The notes beneath the pieces were generated by a model. It saw nothing but the letters and a program-made list of their open reading frames with translations. It did not search any database and was not told the origin of the DNA. 64,000 nt of DNA from Candidatus Atelocyanobacterium thalassae (GTDB lineage Bacteria; Cyanobacteriota; Cyanobacteriia; Cyanobacteriales; Microcystaceae). A program made the position numbers and the translations under genes. Shown one piece after another: positions 56,472-64,000 of this stretch (position 1 is the first letter of the stretch; every line of letters begins with the position of its first letter). The stretch lies in NCBI GenBank assembly GCA_051971635.1, contig JBFPLN010000003.1, positions 192,001-256,000 of the forward strand, written 5' to 3'.

Positions 56472-57686
56472 ATGAAAATATCTACCTTACCATTACGATT
56501 AGCTACTATCGTAACTATTGCTCTTAGTAACTGTATTTTTTCAACTTTTCTCGCTAGAGCCTATACTTTTAGTGAGACTCCTCTTGACCAAGACAAGATT
56601 ATTGCCGTTGCTAGACCTTATGGCGAAGGAAAGTATGACTTATTAGTAATTGAACAAGTACCAGGGAAAAGGAGTTGCTGGACAGAGAAAGGACAAAATC
56701 CAGTTTTGATTGACCCTTTATTAATTAATTTTGATTTTACTGGTATTTGTCGCCGTTCTACGGATAGTAATGGTTATTCAATACGTCTTGATGGTAACGA
56801 TTTAGGATTAGACTATTTATTACGTATTGTTAATAGTGGTGGAGAACTGCATTTAGTAGGAACGCCTAGAAGCAATAAGCATAGTGAGATAATTTTAGGT
56901 AGTACTCAAGGATTCAGCTCTGGATTTATGAAAATTAATTTATATTCAGGTTGGCAATTTACCAAACGAACTTATCAAAATAAGATCCTAGGCCATTTTT
57001 ATCTTAGTGGTTCTCAAATGGCTATTGCACAAGGACAAAATACTACTACATTCTCTAGCGCCTCGACTTCACCTGCTGTTAACATTGATCCTCAACATAA
57101 TTTAATAGATATTAAAGGTAATAAGTATGAAGAATCAATTTCTAAGGCAGTTAATATAGGTTTAATGTCGGGTTTCAAAGATCATACTTTTCGGCCAGAT
57201 CAACCTATTAGCCAAGAGCAGTTGGTTTCTATGGCAATTAATATTGTAAATACCATTAAACGAACAGATTTAGAGACAATTTCGAGTAACAATATTACAT
57301 CCTTTGAGAATCCTCATCAAGATATTAATAAGATGAAACAGGCATATTCAAATTTTCTTGGGAATAGTAATAATTCGGTGCAAACCAGTAAATCTGTTAA
57401 TCGCATGGAATTAATTAATTCTATGCAACGTGTAGTTGTGTACCTAAGAAAAGAATTAAATATTTCGGAAGATGCTCAAAACATCAATGGATCTACTTCT
57501 TTCCCTGGTATTTCCCATGAATCTTCCATGAAACAAATATCAGGATATTGCAACATAGCTGATCTTTCAAGTGAGAAAGAATTCACTTCTAGTCTAGAAG
57601 GTAAAGCAACCCGCGACTATACAGCATCTATCTTAGTTAAAGTTTTAAATTGCTTAAAATCTGAAATAGAAGAAACTAAAAAATAA
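56472..57686 (+). CDS. Exported DUF3747-domain protein with SLH-like C-terminal region
   Basis: Signal peptide; LLVIEQ..CW, DPLL.NFDFTGIC.RSTDSNGYSIR, LGHFY; SLH-like GLMSGFKDHTFRPD. Confidence 0.82.
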   Translation: MKISTLPLRLATIVTIALSNCIFSTFLARAYTFSETPLDQDKIIAVARPYGEGKYDLLVIEQVPGKRSCWTEKGQNPVLIDPLLINFDFTGICRRSTDSNGYSIRLDGNDLGLDYLLRIVNSGGELHLVGTPRSNKHSEIILGSTQGFSSGFMKINLYSGWQFTKRTYQNKILGHFYLSGSQMAIAQGQNTTTFSSASTSPAVNIDPQHNLIDIKGNKYEESISKAVNIGLMSGFKDHTFRPDQPISQEQLVSMAINIVNTIKRTDLETISSNNITSFENPHQDINKMKQAYSNFLGNSNNSVQTSKSVNRMELINSMQRVVVYLRKELNISEDAQNINGSTSFPGISHESSMKQISGYCNIADLSSEKEFTSSLEGKATRDYTASILVKVLNCLKSEIEETKK

Positions 57687-57788
57687 TATGATTGGACCCT
57701 TGATTATTAGAATAATTATAAGAATATTATAATTTTTCTAGCTTGTAATCATAGTTCGCTATTTTTTTGAGAAATATAATTAACTTTG

Positions 57789-57832
57789 ATAAGTCTTCAG
57801 AACCCTAATACAATGAGGTTTTTGAGACTTAT
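57789..57832 (+). terminator. Imperfect hairpin after the DUF3747 gene
   Basis: ATAAGTCT.. / ..AGACTTAT followed by a T-rich tract. Confidence 0.55.
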
Positions 57833-57921
57833 TTATTTTTCTAGTCAATTTTTACAATATGATAGTTTTGAAAATGTCATATTATATGTCACTTTTGTTT
57901 ACTAAGATGATATAGTATCAA

Positions 57922-57998
57922 GGTGTGTAAGGAGTAAGAGTGACTTGAAAAGGTCCTTGAAGTCGAAACATGGCAAGACGTTCTGGACCTTTTCTTTT
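57922..57998 (+). ncRNA. Yfr2-family (Cyano-1) small RNA
   Basis: Extended -10 TGATATAGT (57908-57916); 5' end GGTGTGTAAGGAGT; stem GAAAAGGTCC / GGACCTTTTC enclosing the 12-nt loop GAAACATGGCAA; U-rich tail. Confidence 0.8.
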
Positions 57999-58047
57999 CT
58001 TATATCTTTAACAAAAGCATTTTACCGTAAAATTTCTTGTGTCTGTT

Positions 58048-58111
58048 TATATATACGTGTGTGACCCCTTAAGAAGAAAAACATTCTTAAGGGGTCACAT
58101 ACGTATATATA
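58048..58111. terminator. Long 3' hairpin after atpC
   Basis: 28-bp inverted repeat with one mismatch and an 8-nt loop. Confidence 0.8.
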
Positions 58112-58129
58112 TGATGTAAGAAACCTTGG

Positions 58130-58540
58130 TTAGGATATCCCTCCAGAAGCATTAAAACGTGCTTTTGCACGCTTTAATGCATTAGAAGCTTTAATCTTTT
58201 CTAACTGTTCGCTTCCTTTGTTTACTTCTTCTAATTTAGCTTGAGCAACATTATACTCTTGCTTCGCTTCTTCTCTATCAATGGTCTCTCCTATTTCGGC
58301 AAAGTTTACTAAGACTTTTACTTCATCTTGATCAACTTCTGCAAAGCCTCCCATTATTGCTACATTTTGCCACTCTTTGTCAGTCCTAATACGCATTACT
58401 CCAGTATCAAGAGCAGTTAGAAGAGGCGCATGCCCACTTAAGATACCTAACTGTCCTGAAGTACTTGGTAGAACGACTTCTTGAACAGTATTGTCCCAAA
58501 CGGTTTTATCTGGGGTGATTACACGAACTGTTAGTACCAT
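58130..58540 (-). CDS. atpC: ATP synthase F1 epsilon subunit (atpE in plastid nomenclature)
   Basis: [30 protein letters not shown]. Confidence 0.97.
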   Translation of the reverse strand: MVLTVRVITPDKTVWDNTVQEVVLPSTSGQLGILSGHAPLLTALDTGVMRIRTDKEWQNVAIMGGFAEVDQDEVKVLVNFAEIGETIDREEAKQEYNVAQAKLEEVNKGSEQLEKIKASNALKRAKARFNASGGIS

Positions 58541-58632
58541 GTTAATTATTAATTATCAGTTATTAGAAGGGCGAATAGTTATTCACCCTGATATAAATTT
58601 AGAAAACGGAAGATTAGGAAATGCTTAAACGA

Positions 58633-60087
<1,455 letters not shown>

Positions 60088-60464
60088 TTATCCTCTCTTT
60101 GGAATTAGCTTACAAATGACTAAATGAAAATATTTAATGTTATTTTCGTCACTCTTATAGGCTACCATCTATAGAGTACTCAAGGAAATGGCTTAATTCT
60201 TGTTTAATAACTATCTTTGTACAAAAGATTAATCACACTGCTAGTGTCGTGTGGTTAAGAGTTATGTTTTTATGGATGAAATATAAATTTAATCTTATTT
60301 ATCAAAAGAAAGTAGTCATTTAATGTTTTATATACTCAAAAGTAAGGCAATATTAATAATTTAAAGTTAAACAAATTAAATGAATGATAAATCTAAAAAA
60401 TATTGGGTATAAGTTATTTGTTTCATAAAAGTTCTTCATAATCAAAGTATAAATTCTACTTAAA

Positions 60465-60941
60465 ATGGAAAGTAATTTTAAAAATAGCCACGAAATTCAT
60501 CGTCAATGGATGAGAAAAGCATTAAATTTAGCTAAAAAAGCAGGAAATATAGAAGACGTTCCTGTAGGAGCTATAGTTGTTGATAATTACGGAAAATTAA
60601 TTGCTCAAGGATATAACTGTAAACAACAGAAAAATGATCCTACAGGGCATGCAGAAATTATTGCTATTCGTCAGGCTAGTCAAAAATTACACTCTTGCTA
60701 CTTAGATAACTGTATACTTTATGTTACTTTAGAACCCTGTATTATGTGTACTGGAGCTATTCTACATTCTCGAATAGGATTACTGGTTTATGGGGTAGAT
60801 GATCCTAAAACAGGAGCTATCCGTACCGTTGTTAATTTACCTGATAGTGATGCTTCCAATCATCGTTTACCTGTGCTTTCTGGTATCCTAAAACAAGAAT
60901 GTAAAAAGCATTTACAAGATTGGTTTAAACTAAAAAGATAA
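60465..60941 (+). CDS. tadA: tRNA adenosine(34) deaminase
   Basis: VPVGA, HAE, TLEPCIMC, DPKTGA, NHR. Confidence 0.93.
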   Translation: MESNFKNSHEIHRQWMRKALNLAKKAGNIEDVPVGAIVVDNYGKLIAQGYNCKQQKNDPTGHAEIIAIRQASQKLHSCYLDNCILYVTLEPCIMCTGAILHSRIGLLVYGVDDPKTGAIRTVVNLPDSDASNHRLPVLSGILKQECKKHLQDWFKLKR

Positions 60942-61076
60942 AAAATAACTAATAAAAATAATTCTAAATTGTTATAGTTTCATATGATCTTGAACACCAT
61001 AAGGAGCTACAGACAAGTTGTGTGAAAAAACTATGCTTATAATAATAACCTATACACAGATATCAACAGTCTTACT

Positions 61077-63965
61077 ATGACAAATCAACAAGATTTGCCT
61101 CTTTTAATTTTAATTGATGGCCATTCTTTAGCCTTTAGAGCCTATTACGCTTTTTCTAATTCTAGGAAAGGGTTACTCAGAACTGCTACAGGAATTCCAA
61201 CTAGTATTTGCTTTGGATTTCTAAATTCTTTAATACAAGTTATTGACTCAGAGAAGCCTAAATATATAGCTATTGCTTTTGATAGTAAAGAAAAAACATT
61301 TCGCCATAAATTTGATACTGACTATAAAGCAAATCGTCCAGAAGCTCCAGAAGATTTTATTATTGATATTAAAAATTTACAAAAAGTTTTAAGAACACTA
61401 AATTTATTGACCATTACTGTGCCTGGGTATGAAGCAGATGACATATTAGGTACACTGGCTATAAAAGCCAGTAATAAGGGTTGTCATGTAAAAATTCTCA
61501 GTGGTGATAAAGATCTTTTTCAATTAGTTGATGATAGAAAGAATATAAGTGTTCTTTATCCGGAAAGGAATGGAATTAAATCTTCCCTGGAGAAGAAATA
61601 TACAGAAATAACATCTAAGACGGTTATAGAAAAATTAGGAATAGTCTCAGAACAGGTTGTTGACTATAAAGCACTATGTGGCGATAAATCAGATAATATT
61701 TCTGGAGTCAGAGGTATTGGCGAAAAAACAGCAGTTAAGCTTTTAACTGAGTACAAAACCTTAGAGGGTATTTATCATAATATTGAATATATAAAGGGTG
61801 CAAATAAAAAGAAACTTACAGATGGTAGGTACGAAGCAGAACACTCACGTTACTTAGCTAAAATTGTTATTGACTGTCCATTGATTTTCGATATAGATGA
61901 ATCTGAACTAAAAGGTTTTAATGTAAGTGCAGCAAAAGATATTTTCGAAGAGTTAGAGCTGAAAAAATTTAATGAAAACATCACCCAATTACAGAAACAA
62001 TTAGGTGGAAAGCTTTCTCAGCAGTTATTACAAAAGATAGATCAATCAGTTGATACAGGTAAGACGTCAAATCATAAGCATAATACAAAAAATAATAATA
62101 ATGAAATAAGTATTAATCCTCAAATTATCAGTAATACATGTCAGCTAGATGAATTAATTATTAAACTTTTAAGGTATCAAGATCCTAATTATCCAATCGC
62201 TTGGGATCTAGAAACGACAGACTTAAATCCTAGAAAAGCTGAACTAATAGGAATTGGATGTTGTTGGGGAAAAGAGGTAAATGATATTGCATATATTCCT
62301 GTAGGACATAAAGAAGGTAAACAATTAACTACAAAAGAAATTCTGGGAAAGCTGCGACAAATTCTTGAAAGTAACCTTTACCCTAAAGTTTTTCAAAATG
62401 CAAAATTTGACCGTCTTGTTTTATTTAACCAGGGTATCTATCTAAATGGGGTTGTTTTTGATACGATGCTAGCTAGTTATGTTATTAATTCTGATGGTAG
62501 CCACAAATTAAGCAGTTTATGTAAACAATATTTAAAAAATGTTGTTTCTCAAGATTATTCAGAATTAGTAATTAATAAAAAACAAACTATTGCTGACTTA
62601 GATATTTTGCAAGTTGCTAATTATTGTGGAATGGATGTTTATAGCACTTTTTTATTAGTAAAGCCATTAAAACAAAAGCTTAGAGATTTTCCAGATTTAG
62701 AAAAATTATTTTTAGAAGTGGAACAATCTTTAGAAATAGTTTTATCAAAAATGGAAAACCAAGGTATTCTAATTGATGTAGACTATTTAAAAATTTTATC
62801 AAGACAAATTAACAACAACTTATTTTGTCTTGAAGAAAAAATTTGTAAAGAAGCTAAAGAGAAATTTAATCTAGGCTCACCTAAGCAATTAAGTAAAATT
62901 TTATTTGAAAAGTTACAATTAAATACTAAAAAATCTAAAAAAATAACAACTGGATATTCAACTGATCATGCTACTTTAGAAAAATTAAAAGGTGATCATC
63001 CAATAATTGATTATCTTTTAGAATATAGGACTTTATCTAAATTACAGTCAACTTACATAGATACTTTACCAACATTAGTCAATAGTCAAACATGTCGGAT
63101 ACATACTAGTTTCAATCAATTTATTACTACAACAGGAAGGTTATCTTCTTCCAATCCAAATTTACAAAATATCCCTATTAGAACTGAATTTTCTCGTAAA
63201 ATAAGACGAGCATTCATTCCTCCTGAAAAATGGTTATTAGTTTCAGCAGACTATTCACAAATTGAATTAAGAATATTAGCGCATTTAAGTCAAGAACCTT
63301 TACTAGTAAATGCTTATTGTAGTTGTCAGGATATCCACACTGTTACGGCACAGTTATTATTCGATAAAAAAGAAATTACGATAAAAGAGAGAAATTTAGG
63401 AAAGACCATTAATTTTGGTGTTATCTATGGAATGGGTTCACAAAGATTTGCAAGAGAAGCAGGAGTAACAACAGCTCAAGGAAAAGATTTTATTAATAAG
63501 TATCATCAACGATATAAAAAAGTATTTGAATTTCTAGAAAATGTAAAAAAGGAAGCTATTGTAAAGGGTTATGTTACAACAATATTAGGAAGAAGACGTC
63601 ACTTTAACTTCCATAGTGATAGTTTGCGAAACCTATACGGATATGACTCTGATACAGTTAATTTAGATAAGTTAAAGTATGGTTATAGCGACTCCCAACT
63701 ATTGAGAGCTGCTGCTAATGCTCCAATACAGGGCTCAAGTGCTGATATCATTAAAGTTGCAATGATTAGAATAGACAAACTTTTAAAAAGTTATAAAGCT
63801 AAATTATTATTACAAGTTCATGATGAATTAGTATTCGAGATACCTCTAGAGGAATTAGAGGAATTACAGAATAAGATAAAGCAGATTATGGAAAACTCCG
63901 TGAAATTAACTATTCCCCTACTAGTAGAAATAAAATCTGGGATTAATTGGATGGAAGCTAAATAA
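61077..63965 (+). CDS. polA: DNA polymerase I
   Basis: 5'-3' exonuclease IDGHSLAFR/EADD, 3'-5' exonuclease WDLET, TGRLSSSNPNLQNIP, DYSQIELR, QVHDEL. Confidence 0.98.
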   Translation: MTNQQDLPLLILIDGHSLAFRAYYAFSNSRKGLLRTATGIPTSICFGFLNSLIQVIDSEKPKYIAIAFDSKEKTFRHKFDTDYKANRPEAPEDFIIDIKNLQKVLRTLNLLTITVPGYEADDILGTLAIKASNKGCHVKILSGDKDLFQLVDDRKNISVLYPERNGIKSSLEKKYTEITSKTVIEKLGIVSEQVVDYKALCGDKSDNISGVRGIGEKTAVKLLTEYKTLEGIYHNIEYIKGANKKKLTDGRYEAEHSRYLAKIVIDCPLIFDIDESELKGFNVSAAKDIFEELELKKFNENITQLQKQLGGKLSQQLLQKIDQSVDTGKTSNHKHNTKNNNNEISINPQIISNTCQLDELIIKLLRYQDPNYPIAWDLETTDLNPRKAELIGIGCCWGKEVNDIAYIPVGHKEGKQLTTKEILGKLRQILESNLYPKVFQNAKFDRLVLFNQGIYLNGVVFDTMLASYVINSDGSHKLSSLCKQYLKNVVSQDYSELVINKKQTIADLDILQVANYCGMDVYSTFLLVKPLKQKLRDFPDLEKLFLEVEQSLEIVLSKMENQGILIDVDYLKILSRQINNNLFCLEEKICKEAKEKFNLGSPKQLSKILFEKLQLNTKKSKKITTGYSTDHATLEKLKGDHPIIDYLLEYRTLSKLQSTYIDTLPTLVNSQTCRIHTSFNQFITTTGRLSSSNPNLQNIPIRTEFSRKIRRAFIPPEKWLLVSADYSQIELRILAHLSQEPLLVNAYCSCQDIHTVTAQLLFDKKEITIKERNLGKTINFGVIYGMGSQRFAREAGVTTAQGKDFINKYHQRYKKVFEFLENVKKEAIVKGYVTTILGRRRHFNFHSDSLRNLYGYDSDTVNLDKLKYGYSDSQLLRAAANAPIQGSSADIIKVAMIRIDKLLKSYKAKLLLQVHDELVFEIPLEELEELQNKIKQIMENSVKLTIPLLVEIKSGINWMEAK

Positions 63966-64000
63966 GTTTAATTATTATGGTGAAAACTATAACCTTACTT

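Noticed and set aside
60150..60180. CIRCE element
   Set aside because: ACTCT..AGAGT dyad lacks the TTAGCACTC-N9-GAGTGCTAA sequence and spacing; more likely part of the atpD promoter

Overview
This is a very AT-rich, streamlined cyanobacterial chromosome segment. It holds about 48 housekeeping, photosystem I and envelope genes, tmRNA, tRNA-Gly(TCC), tRNA-Pro(GGG), an L10 leader and a Yfr2-like sRNA. I saw no transposons, prophage or CRISPR arrays. Several features best fit a reduced symbiotic unicellular cyanobacterium such as UCYN-A (Ca. Atelocyanobacterium thalassa): low GC, Chroococcales-type proteins, retained PSI genes (psaC, psaD, petE), no PSII genes in the window, and long eroded spacers. 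That assignment is inference, not a database result. The most interesting signals lie outside the ORF track. (1) An apparent Yfr1/Yfr2 sRNA circuit for envelope control: identical GGTGTGAGGA boxes sit at the ribosome-binding sites of the PBP1A and SLH-porin genes, and there is a Yfr2-like sRNA at ~57.9 kb. (2) PsaD and PsaC carry substitutions at normally conserved ferredoxin-docking positions. (3) 3' inverted repeats are unusually long, up to a perfect 48-bp stem. (4) There are two further candidate structured RNAs (~11.7 kb and the trnP-secE spacer). (5) Empty spacers occur where trpE, purA, amiC and rplS-trnW usually sit. A split DnaE-N intein and many envelope glycosylation genes are also present.
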